In this document: positions 56,081-64,000 of the stretch, in pieces
Layout: each line of letters starts with the position of its first letter
Position numbering within the stretch: the stretch's first letter is position 1
Source: an uncultured Candidatus Saccharibacteria bacterium
GTDB lineage: Bacteria; Patescibacteriota; WWE3; 2-01-FULL-39-13
Direction: 5' to 3'
Length of the DNA: 64,000 bases
Assembly (NCBI GenBank): GCA_964370865.1
Contig: CAYJKF010000001.1
Location: 111,766 to 175,765 of the forward strand
Translations under genes and position numbers: made by a program
The notes under the pieces: model-generated
Databases searched by the model: none
Told to the model about the DNA's origin: nothing
What the model saw: only the letters and a program-made list of their open reading frames with translations

Positions 56081-57053
56081 CTACGGTTTCTGCAAAGAGT
56101 GGCAGTACATTTGTAATCACTACAATAATAATTGTCATTAAAATTACTGAGAATAGTAAAGGGCGATCATTCAGCAAGACTCTTTCTGGACTTTCCCCTT
56201 CTTTCTTCTCGTAAATTACATATAAATATCTAGCGACTCCATAAATTACGATTGGAATAGTTAACATTAATAACTTTGGCCCGGCTAAAGTGGATGGAAG
56301 AAATTTTCCAAATTCCCCTTGAAATGGATTGTCTGGAGATGTTTGAAACGCAAATAAAGCGTATGTGATTATAGAAAAAGACGCCGACATTGAAATCATT
56401 GAGTCTAATAAATTATCTGGATAGTGTTTTAAAATAGTTCGTGTACTCTCTCTCGAAATTCCTTGGGCTTCAAGCAATGTTCTTTCTGCACGTCTCTTTC
56501 CAAAAGCTAGTAGAAGTGACGCCCCAGTAATTGCCAGTATCAACCAAGACGAAATTGATAACGGAATTGCTAAAGCTCCTGCAAATGCTCTAAGAATAAA
56601 ACCTAATGAAATCGTTAAAGCATCAACAATTATTACATCTTTTAGCTTAAGGTTATAAGCCATTTGAAGTAACACATATATACAGAGTACAATCCCAAAA
56701 TACTTTCCAACATTTACAAATGAAAGAGGCAAAAATACTGCAAAAATTACCAACGCGATAGCGATGGCCAATCGAACAGGAAGCTTTCCTGACGCGATTG
56801 GCCTATTCTTTTTAACAGGATGAAGCTTATCTTTTTCAATATCCTTTATATCATTTATTAGGTAGACTCCGGAAGCTATAACACTAAAGAATACAAATGC
56901 ACTCGTGGATTTCCAAAAAATTTCAGCATTAAAAAGTTCTCCAGAGAAGATTACAGGGGCAAAAATTATAAGATTCTTAATCCATTGCCTTGGCCTAAAC
57001 GCTCGAATAATATGATAGATTAAATGATCCGACTTCAATACCATTTGATGCAA
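56073..57053 (-). CDS. UbiA-family prenyltransferase (decaprenyl-phosphate phosphoribosyltransferase-like)
   Basis: 326 aa, polytopic. YLINDIKDIEKDKLHPVKKNRPIASGK carries the NDxxDxxxD motif plus a basic loop, as in DPPR synthases. Confidence 0.6.
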   Translation of the reverse strand: MHQMVLKSDHLIYHIIRAFRPRQWIKNLIIFAPVIFSGELFNAEIFWKSTSAFVFFSVIASGVYLINDIKDIEKDKLHPVKKNRPIASGKLPVRLAIAIALVIFAVFLPLSFVNVGKYFGIVLCIYVLLQMAYNLKLKDVIIVDALTISLGFILRAFAGALAIPLSISSWLILAITGASLLLAFGKRRAERTLLEAQGISRESTRTILKHYPDNLLDSMISMSASFSIITYALFAFQTSPDNPFQGEFGKFLPSTLAGPKLLMLTIPIVIYGVARYLYVIYEKKEGESPERVLLNDRPLLFSVILMTIIIVVITNVLPLFAETVVI

Positions 57054-57066
57054 TTATAGCAAACCG

Positions 57067-57618
57067 CTAGATTTTGATTTTTCTACCTATCTTCGCTATT
57101 AAATCTTCGTAAAAGGTACTCTCTGGTTCTTCTTCTATTGATAGATACTCGTTTACAATACGTACCAGCGCCGTTTTATCCATATCGTTTGGAAGTATAA
57201 GAAATAATCTCCCAGGTAAGGGATCTACTGTGTTAAAAGTCAAAAGCTCGTAACCATATTTTTTTTCTAAGAAAAAGTTCTTGAAATAGTCCCACTTGTA
57301 TAAATGTGCGGACGCATAATGTACTCCACTCGTACTTATTTTATGAACTACATTTTTTGGCGGGATTGAGGTAGCAACGTATACGACGAAATAAACCGCA
57401 AACAACACAAGAACAAAAACAATCTCTTTAAATATTAGAAGTAATATAGAAAAGAAAATAATAATCACCGCGATTTTTCTGTAAAATTCTCTGGATTTTT
57501 TCACGAAAATTCTTTCAGGGGCTTCCCATTCTAGAAGTACTTGTGTTGGTTTTATGATTTTAGGGGCACTCTCTACCTCGGTTTGCTCTGGTGGTAAGAA
57601 TTTACTAAAAATAGCCAT
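57067..57618 (-). CDS. hypothetical two-TM membrane protein
   Basis: 183 aa with central helices IAVIIIFFSILLLIF and IVFVLVLFAVYFVVYV. No motif. Confidence 0.35.
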   Translation of the reverse strand: MAIFSKFLPPEQTEVESAPKIIKPTQVLLEWEAPERIFVKKSREFYRKIAVIIIFFSILLLIFKEIVFVLVLFAVYFVVYVATSIPPKNVVHKISTSGVHYASAHLYKWDYFKNFFLEKKYGYELLTFNTVDPLPGRLFLILPNDMDKTALVRIVNEYLSIEEEPESTFYEDLIAKIGRKIKI

Positions 57619-57641
57619 TTGATATAGCTATATTAACATAA

Positions 57642-58205
57642 CTATATCTTCGTATCATACAACCGTGTATGAGCCGCGTCTGAGACCGAAATGATATGTT
57701 CAAAGCCTGTATCGTCAATATCTATGATTGTTAAAGAAGTATTATGAATAACAAAATGTGTAAATGTAGTTGGACTGGCCTCTCCCAATATTCGCATTAA
57801 TAAAGATCTTATTAGATTGCCATGTGTAAACAGAATAATTTCTTCATTTAAGTGACGTTTAACAAATCTGTGAAATAATTCATAGATTCTATCAGAATGC
57901 TCTTTCAAATCCTTTATCCCAGCAACGGGAGTAGGTTGCCCTGGTCTTGGCCAATCATCATTTCCCACCTCATTTAAGGCTGAGGTGTAAATAACAGGCA
58001 TTTCATGAACTTCGTTAACAATTTGGCAGGTTTCCATTGCTCTTTGAAGTCGACTACAGTACATAGTATTAAATTTGTTTTCTTTTAAACGTCGGGCAAG
58101 TTGTAACGCTTGGATTTTTCCTTGGTTATTTAATGGATAATTATCTAACTGAAGACCATCAAGTCCATAAGCATCCCCATGCCTGACTAGATAAATACGA
58201 GTCAT
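57642..58205 (-). CDS. histidine phosphatase family protein (phosphoglycerate-mutase-like)
   Basis: 187 aa. The RIYLVRHGDA (RHG motif), RAMETC and LFTHGNLIRS (H-G) segments are typical of the family. Confidence 0.65.
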   Translation of the reverse strand: MTRIYLVRHGDAYGLDGLQLDNYPLNNQGKIQALQLARRLKENKFNTMYCSRLQRAMETCQIVNEVHEMPVIYTSALNEVGNDDWPRPGQPTPVAGIKDLKEHSDRIYELFHRFVKRHLNEEIILFTHGNLIRSLLMRILGEASPTTFTHFVIHNTSLTIIDIDDTGFEHIISVSDAAHTRLYDTKI

Positions 58206-58305
58206 ATATATTTATAGTAGCAGAAAAACACATCTCTTAGTAGGAATTTTATGCGGATTTAAGCGCTAAAATCGTGATACAATTGCGTAGTTACAGGCTA
58301 AACGA

Positions 58306-58398
58306 GGAGGGATGGCCGAGTGGTTTAAGGCGACGGTTTGCTAAACCGTTGGGGGTCTAAAAGCTCCCGCGCAGGTTCAAATCCTGTTCCCTCCGCCA
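58306..58398 (+). tRNA. tRNA-Ser (anticodon GCU), long variable arm, CCA encoded
   Basis: Acceptor GGAGGGA/TCCCTCC. Anticodon arm ACGGT-TTGCTAA-ACCGT (GCU). Long extra arm TGGGGGTCTAAAAGCTCCCGC. T-loop TTCAAAT. Discriminator G, CCA. Confidence 0.75.
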
Positions 58399-58401
58399 AG
58401 A

Positions 58402-59343
58402 TTATTCGAATAACAAATACTGTATATAACTTGACAGGTCAGGGTGGTTATTCAAATAATCTCCAATAGTTCGAGAGGTAATCGGACCTCCAGCATTAAA
58501 TTCCCTCGCAAAATCTGGAGAGAAACGCGAAAGATATTTAATAATCCTAATTTGAAAACCTGGTCCTAGATTTGACTGTACATAATGCTCAAACTTAGCC
58601 TTATATGGATCTTCCGGTAATGCGCACCAGCAGTCCAAAAGGCCTTTTAGTAGATTTGCTTCTTCTCTTGCTAACTCTGGATGAACCTGTAAGGCAGACT
58701 GAAAACCTAATTCTTTATAATCATCGGTTAGATGAAATCCCCGATGAAGTCTCCACGAATTCCCTGAAGGAGCTTTTGAAAACCCAACGGCAACACTCTT
58801 AAAAGGATAAGTCATTTTTTTCCCTCTCCTTGTATTATCCATCTGGGAAAATTCCATCTCAATTGAACAAAACTCATCTGTTTTAGTAAATATTAGAAAC
58901 CCCATATTTTCCATCCTTAATCTTATGATTTTGCCTTCAGAAAGTGAATTATCAACTAGTGTCGGCTGAAATGAGGGTAGTACTCCTTTTTGATACGTTC
59001 CTAAACGAGAGACTCTAGGTAAGTCTTGCATCTTCACTGGCGCCAAACCAAGGTTGTTAAGTACAGTGTGAGAAATATTATCGGGATCAAAAACTCTAGA
59101 ATTACTATTAAAATACGCCCAGGTAGAATCAGAAAACGTCTGCTCCACTACGGTTAAGAACGTCTGGTCGAACTCAGGAAAACCTTTAGCCGAGGGATTT
59201 CTTTGACAAGTTTTAAGATGATTAGAAGCTTCGATAAAAATGTCGTAGGCGTCGTCTAGAGCCGTAACCCATGGGTCGAGCTCTCTTCGAGCCTGCTCAA
59301 TCTCTTCATATTTTGGGTCAAAATTACTAAATTCGTCGCTCAT
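58402..59343 (-). CDS. hypothetical cytoplasmic protein
   Basis: 313-aa ORF beginning 3 nt after tRNA-Ser. No recognisable motif. Confidence 0.4.
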   Translation of the reverse strand: MSDEFSNFDPKYEEIEQARRELDPWVTALDDAYDIFIEASNHLKTCQRNPSAKGFPEFDQTFLTVVEQTFSDSTWAYFNSNSRVFDPDNISHTVLNNLGLAPVKMQDLPRVSRLGTYQKGVLPSFQPTLVDNSLSEGKIIRLRMENMGFLIFTKTDEFCSIEMEFSQMDNTRRGKKMTYPFKSVAVGFSKAPSGNSWRLHRGFHLTDDYKELGFQSALQVHPELAREEANLLKGLLDCWCALPEDPYKAKFEHYVQSNLGPGFQIRIIKYLSRFSPDFAREFNAGGPITSRTIGDYLNNHPDLSSYIQYLLFE

Positions 59344-59402
59344 GGCTATAGGGTACTATATTTATTGGAAAAGTAAATCGATAAATTTGGTAAAATAAAT
59401 AC

Positions 59403-59888
59403 ATGAAACATAACCACCTAGCAATCTGGATACTAGTTTTAGCTCTGCAAGTTTATTCTTTACTTTGGTACTCCGCACCGATGTTTGGGGGGCAATGGGC
59501 AAGACTCCAAGGCAAAGAAACCGTTGTGAATGTTTCAACCGACCCATTTCCATATATTGTTAATATTTTAGCTACGGTTATTCTTGCTTACATAACCTCT
59601 GTACTCATAAATAAATTTAGTTTATTTAATGTAGCCAAATCTGCACTAGTTGGTTTTTTAATTTCTATTGGATTTGTATTACCTACACTTTTTAGCCGCT
59701 ATGCATTTATGCAATTAAACTTTTTAATTGCATTAATAGATGCAGGAGTTGTTTCATCGGTAGTTGTAATATCCTTTGTAGTTCTTTCGTTATTTAGAAG
59801 CAAGGAAACAACAGTCAAGGCCGACTCGATAGAAGAGAGCTTACCAGAAGAACCAGCGGATGAAGTTACGGTCGTAGAGGATCTTTAA
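59403..59888 (+). CDS. hypothetical four-TM membrane protein
   Basis: 161 aa with four hydrophobic helices and an acidic C-terminal tail. Confidence 0.4.
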   Translation: MKHNHLAIWILVLALQVYSLLWYSAPMFGGQWARLQGKETVVNVSTDPFPYIVNILATVILAYITSVLINKFSLFNVAKSALVGFLISIGFVLPTLFSRYAFMQLNFLIALIDAGVVSSVVVISFVVLSLFRSKETTVKADSIEESLPEEPADEVTVVEDL

Positions 59889-60880
59889 ATATCCAAGAGT
59901 TTCATTGCCGTTTTAACTTCATGTAAAGTTTCTGAAGCAATTTCTCTTGCCCGGTTAGTTCCAAATTTTAGAATATCCATTAACAAAGATTGATCCTCAT
60001 AAAGTTTTCTACTTTCTCTTATTGGGTCAAGAAAAGAATTAACCGCAATCACTAATTTTTGTTTAACTTCGATATCTCCAACTTCACCTTTTACATATCT
60101 ATTTTTTAGGTCTTCAACTTCTGATTTATTTGGATTAAAAATATCGTGGTAAATAAAAACGGGATTACCTTCGACTTTTCCTGGATCAGTTGCCCTAATT
60201 CTATTTGGATCTGTGTACATCGACATTATTTTCGTTTTAACCATCTCTGAATCATCATCAAGATAAATAGCGTTATTAGAGGATTTTCCCATTTTAGAAC
60301 TATTATCTAAACCAATAAGTCTTGCGGTCTCTCCCACTTTTGCTTCTGGAACTGGAAACACCTCCCCATAAACAGAATTAAATTTGCGAACGATTTCTCT
60401 TGTTTGTTCTATATGAGGTAATTGGTCTTCACCCACGGGCACAAGATTTGCTTTAAAAATTGTTATGTCTGCGGCCTGTGAAACTGGATACATGAAAAAC
60501 CCAAGTGGCACACCTTCATTAAACTTTTGTTTCTCTTTTATTTCATCCTTAACAGTAGGATTTCTTTCGAGCCGAGCAGTTGTTACTAAATTTGCATAAA
60601 AAATAGTTAGCTCTGCAATTTGTGGAATTGCAGACTGTAATAGGAAAGTAACCTTCTTTGGATCCAATCCTACTGCTAAATTATCTTGCAAAACTTGTAA
60701 TGTATTTTTTGAAACTTTTTCTGGATCGTCAAAATTATCAGTCAAAGCCTGAACATCTGCAATCATAATAAATGTTTCATAGTCGTCTTGAAGCCGCACT
60801 CTATTTGCAAGTGTTCCAACATAATGACCAAGATGTAGATGACCAGTAGGACGATCACCCGTTAAAATTCGTTTCTTCAT
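59885..60880 (-). CDS. trpS: tryptophan--tRNA ligase
   Basis: 331 aa. N-terminal ILTGDRPTGHLHLGHYVG (HIGH-type) and KMGKSSNN (KMSKS) in TrpRS arrangement. Confidence 0.85.
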   Translation of the reverse strand: MKKRILTGDRPTGHLHLGHYVGTLANRVRLQDDYETFIMIADVQALTDNFDDPEKVSKNTLQVLQDNLAVGLDPKKVTFLLQSAIPQIAELTIFYANLVTTARLERNPTVKDEIKEKQKFNEGVPLGFFMYPVSQAADITIFKANLVPVGEDQLPHIEQTREIVRKFNSVYGEVFPVPEAKVGETARLIGLDNSSKMGKSSNNAIYLDDDSEMVKTKIMSMYTDPNRIRATDPGKVEGNPVFIYHDIFNPNKSEVEDLKNRYVKGEVGDIEVKQKLVIAVNSFLDPIRESRKLYEDQSLLMDILKFGTNRAREIASETLHEVKTAMKLLDI

Positions 60881-60889
60881 ATAGGAATA

Positions 60890-63800
60890 TTATACGTTAT
60901 TCTTTTTACGTCTTCGAAAAATAAACAAGAAGACTGCGGACAGGATTATTCCAACGGTAAAACCATACACATATTTAAGTTTTGACTGTGTACCATTTTC
61001 CTCTAGTTGAATTTTTATCTCAATTCTTTTGTTATCAGAAGTGGAATCAATCGTAAACTCTTGCTTTGCTAATAAATCTCCTTTATAGATTTCGAGTTTA
61101 TGTGCACCTTTTTCTACATTTGTAAATAGGACCTCACCCTTTTCGTCTGTAATCCCCTCTTGAACTTCTGAATGAAGAATGACCTTGGCGCCAATAACAG
61201 CGTTTTGATTTTTATCTACTATCTGTAAAAGTAAACTTTCAATTCTTTCTTGAGGTAAAACTTCTGTGTTTGTTTCGTTTTCAGTTGTAACCGAATGCGT
61301 AGGTGAAATAATCTCCTCCGCTTCTTCAATAACTTCGGTCTTTCCGGGGAATACTTCCGTTTCAGAATTCTCGACAACCGACTTAATTAAAAGGCTACTC
61401 GATTCACCACTCTTCAAGGTTTTAACTGAAATATGATCTGACCAATCGCTATCTCCACAATCATGAGTTGCTCTAATTTGGAAAAAGTATTCAGTATCGA
61501 TCTCCAGACTTTTAATAGTATCTGATAAATCACCTCTTTTTGAAATATTTCTTATAGTTTTTTCATGCGTTACTTTTGACTTGCCATACCTTAAATCAAA
61601 AGTCTCGTAATCATCTTTTAACTCTCCATAGAATAGCTTAATTTCTGAAGGACTTTCGGCAATGGCTGATATTATTTTTGGCTCTCTGGGAATATCATCA
61701 TCTTCACATTGATCGTTTTCACTGCTACTTGCTTCAACTTCTTCCGGAGGAGTTGGTGTCGGCGTTGGTGTAGGAGTAGGCGTTGGCGTCGGCGTTATAT
61801 AGTTAAAAGTAATATCTTGTAGCTCTGAACTAGCAGAAGAGGTTCCTCCAAAATTTGCACGGTACTGTAGGTACCTTCCTACCAATCCGATTTCATCTAA
61901 ATCACTAAAATCACTGGACCAAGAAGACCAGGTAATTGCATCATCAGAGGTCCTCGCTTGAATTCCAAGAGTAGTGCTTCCGGGGAGTTCTAGATTATAA
62001 GACAGCTCACCCCACTCGGTGTTGGCAGTCTGCGAATCGAGAAAACATGAATTATAGACACCAGAAGTGGCGGTATACGATTCTGGTGTATCTATCCAAT
62101 CCAGAGTAAGATCCGAACCCGACGTCGTTGTATTATTGGAAAGAATTACAACTTGATTCGACGCTGGAATATTTGTAGTCACGGTATCTACTAAGACATC
62201 ATCGATATAGTATCTAACTTCAGTTGTATCCCAATCAATTTTATATTTATGAAATGCTCCCAGATACGAAGTCCCTAGCGTTGTCTGTGTCTGACTACCC
62301 CCATCGTAAGTTCGCGTTTTTAAAGTAGCTTCATTCCCTGTACTAAACATAACAAATGTGTTAAACCCTTCATCCGATGCAAATCCAATATGTTGGTCAT
62401 TATGAGCCGTAAATTGTGCTCTAAATTCTAGCGTTGTTCCTACGGCAAAACTAGAACTAGTTTTCACATAAACTCCAGTGGAGTTTTTATAGACCAGTAG
62501 ATTTCCATCGGGGATAGGATCAAAGAAACCTGAAGCATATACGCCGCCCGTCCATTTATCTGAAAAAAGACTTGTGTAAGGAACCTGAGGTGTCTGAAAA
62601 TCATCAGCAAGAGTATTAAGAAGTGAAATTTCCCCTCCCTCTCGATTCTTCACCACCGTATCCTCAAGTACAGCGCATGAACCACCAAATACATCCCAGT
62701 CAGTCTGAACATATGGGGAGCTTGCTACATTGATATCTGAAAAAGTATTACTGTCAGAGAGTGTTACATAGCCAAAATGGATTTCATGGGGAGGAGTGCT
62801 AGCATCCAACGCGTTATTGAGTCTGTAAAACAACAGAATTTTATCATCAACTCTAGATTCATAAGTAATGGGAATATCTATGGAACGATTCGGAACAGTG
62901 TAGTACGAAACCGATGAGGACCAACTATTTCCATCAAAGGTTTTATAGTAAGTATGCCCACAAACAGAAGCATCCCCACTTATTAAATAAAAGTAATAAA
63001 GGTTGTCTTCAACATTGTCATAACTTATATCAAAAGTTGGGTATAAACAATGTGTTCCACTTGCCGAATATACATTGCTTACAAGTGAAACGGTATCATC
63101 CGCACTAACTTCGAAAAGACTTTGAGTATCACCCGACCCACCTGTGATCCAGCGAGCAATTCCAATATAAACTTTTTCATGTGCATAAATGGGTTTGCTT
63201 ATGAGCTCATGTTTTAACGAATAACCGCTATTATTATTGATTGGACCACCAAACTCTTCGGCTGTAGTCCAACTACCGCTCCAATTCATTTCGACTTCAT
63301 CATAATTCAACCGACGATAAATATACGTATCATTACCCGAAGCAAAATAGTACAAGTCATTTATATTGGGACCACTATCAACGACTAGAGCAGATTGTTG
63401 TTGGACCGCCGCCGAACCAGACACAACATAAAGAATATTGTAATCGACTAATGCATTAGAGACAGAAGTATCCGAAACTCCATTGAGCGCGTCCCAATTT
63501 CCAGCAATAAAATCGTTTGAATTATTGCTTAAGATACGTGTAGTTGCACGAAATTCCGTAATATCTTCTCCCGAACAACCCGTTTTTCCAGCAAACCACA
63601 TTGCCACTAATACTTTTTGCCCATTAAATTCTTTTAAAATTGCGATGGGGTTATATCCCCACATATCACTACACCCCGTCCCGTCATCTAATTTAAGGTT
63701 TGTTGTCCCGGGGTCTACTACAAAGCCAGTTATTTCATAATTAGAATTTCGAGTGATTTTTATTCGTGTGTAGTAAACAGCTCCACCAACAACATTTCCA

Positions 63801-64000
63801 ATTGCATGCAATTTGTCAGTGGAATCATCATAAACAACAGATGATCGATTCAGGATCGTCGTTGTGGCAAAATCAAACTCATTCCAATTAACTCCTTTAT
63901 CATTACTGTAAGCAATTCGAAGGCTACTATCTCCGTGTTCCTGAATTGGAACCATGTAGTGCCCATACGCATCAATCATGATTGGTCTGCCCTGTGACCA
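60890..64000 (-). CDS. giant cell-surface protein, 5'-partial (N-terminus lies beyond the window end), C-terminal TM anchor
   Basis: More than 1029 aa, still open at the window edge. A PT-repeat linker, an FN3-like segment, a CarbopepD_reg-like beta-sandwich (GAKVILHSEVQEGITDEKGEVLFTNVEKGAHKLEIY), then the C-terminal helix GFTVGIILSAVFLFIF followed by RRRKKNNV. Confidence 0.55.
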   Translation of the reverse strand, partial: WSQGRPIMIDAYGHYMVPIQEHGDSSLRIAYSNDKGVNWNEFDFATTTILNRSSVVYDDSTDKLHAIGNVVGGAVYYTRIKITRNSNYEITGFVVDPGTTNLKLDDGTGCSDMWGYNPIAILKEFNGQKVLVAMWFAGKTGCSGEDITEFRATTRILSNNSNDFIAGNWDALNGVSDTSVSNALVDYNILYVVSGSAAVQQQSALVVDSGPNINDLYYFASGNDTYIYRRLNYDEVEMNWSGSWTTAEEFGGPINNNSGYSLKHELISKPIYAHEKVYIGIARWITGGSGDTQSLFEVSADDTVSLVSNVYSASGTHCLYPTFDISYDNVEDNLYYFYLISGDASVCGHTYYKTFDGNSWSSSVSYYTVPNRSIDIPITYESRVDDKILLFYRLNNALDASTPPHEIHFGYVTLSDSNTFSDINVASSPYVQTDWDVFGGSCAVLEDTVVKNREGGEISLLNTLADDFQTPQVPYTSLFSDKWTGGVYASGFFDPIPDGNLLVYKNSTGVYVKTSSSFAVGTTLEFRAQFTAHNDQHIGFASDEGFNTFVMFSTGNEATLKTRTYDGGSQTQTTLGTSYLGAFHKYKIDWDTTEVRYYIDDVLVDTVTTNIPASNQVVILSNNTTTSGSDLTLDWIDTPESYTATSGVYNSCFLDSQTANTEWGELSYNLELPGSTTLGIQARTSDDAITWSSWSSDFSDLDEIGLVGRYLQYRANFGGTSSASSELQDITFNYITPTPTPTPTPTPTPTPPEEVEASSSENDQCEDDDIPREPKIISAIAESPSEIKLFYGELKDDYETFDLRYGKSKVTHEKTIRNISKRGDLSDTIKSLEIDTEYFFQIRATHDCGDSDWSDHISVKTLKSGESSSLLIKSVVENSETEVFPGKTEVIEEAEEIISPTHSVTTENETNTEVLPQERIESLLLQIVDKNQNAVIGAKVILHSEVQEGITDEKGEVLFTNVEKGAHKLEIYKGDLLAKQEFTIDSTSDNKRIEIKIQLEENGTQSKLKYVYGFTVGIILSAVFLFIFRRRKKNNV
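61749..61796. repeat. ACNCCN hexanucleotide tandem repeat encoding (PT)8 linker
   Basis: The minus strand reads acg ccg acg cca acg cct act cct aca cca acg ccg aca cca act cct, which encodes TPTPTPTPTPTPTPTP. Confidence 0.5.

Noticed and set aside
1-64000. Alternative genetic code (UGA or UAA reassignment, as in some CPR lineages)
   Set aside because: Conserved genes (groEL, pnp, infB, valS, trpS, nusA) are full-length and uninterrupted under the standard code, and several visibly end in TAA. Only one in-frame TAA, in the IMPase gene, was seen, which fits a local lesion better.
1-64000. CRISPR arrays, transposases, integrases or prophage structural genes
   Set aside because: No direct-repeat/spacer periodicity was seen. 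No DDE, serine or tyrosine recombinase motifs were seen. No terminase, portal or capsid-like proteins were recognised. The T4SS-like genes are not flanked by obvious mobility genes within this window.

Overview
This is a low-GC (about one third GC by eye) bacterial chromosomal window. Conserved genes are full-length under the standard code, so there is no sign of UGA recoding. Roughly half of it is housekeeping, consisting of groES-groEL, nusA-infB-(x)-rpsO-pnp, valS, trpS, rplY, rnhA, nadK, a pseudouridine synthase, TatD, four tRNAs and a cell-envelope glycosyltransferase/prenyltransferase set. The rest is an unusually dense set of secreted or membrane hypothetical proteins, including four very large ones (1313 aa, 1183 aa, 893 aa and a partial of at least 1029 aa). 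The main finding is a monoderm-type (Gram-positive-like) type IV secretion or conjugation-like apparatus split over two loci. Locus A (about 1.2-16 kb) has three tandem paralogous VirB2-pilin-like two-helix proteins, and the first has its own strong Shine-Dalgarno (SD, ribosome-binding) site and a terminator. It also has a coiled-coil SpoIID/LytB-domain protein, a VirB6-like polytopic membrane protein, a 1313-aa protein ending in an M23 (LytM) peptidase, a bitopic protein and a 1183-aa Cys-rich secreted protein. Locus B (about 32.8-38.6 kb) has a PrgI(VirB3)-like protein fused to a long coiled coil. Directly downstream is a VirB4/PrgJ-like ATPase encoded as two adjacent ORFs in different frames, an N-terminal domain and a Walker A/B ATPase body with its own ribosome-binding site. 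No VirD4 coupling protein, relaxase, integrase or transposase is visible in the window. Other notable points are an inositol-monophosphatase-family gene interrupted by a single in-frame TAA, a tRNA with anticodon UAU (tRNA-Ile reading AUA), and an overlapping DUF43(BpsA-like)/SpeH polyamine module. There is also a very acidic secreted protein next to a fasciclin-domain protein, and a groESL promoter with no CIRCE element. Gene content (short IF-2, many giant surface proteins, Gram-positive-type secretion parts) fits a small-genome monoderm-like bacterium, possibly from Patescibacteria (CPR, the candidate phyla radiation), but that cannot be established without searches.
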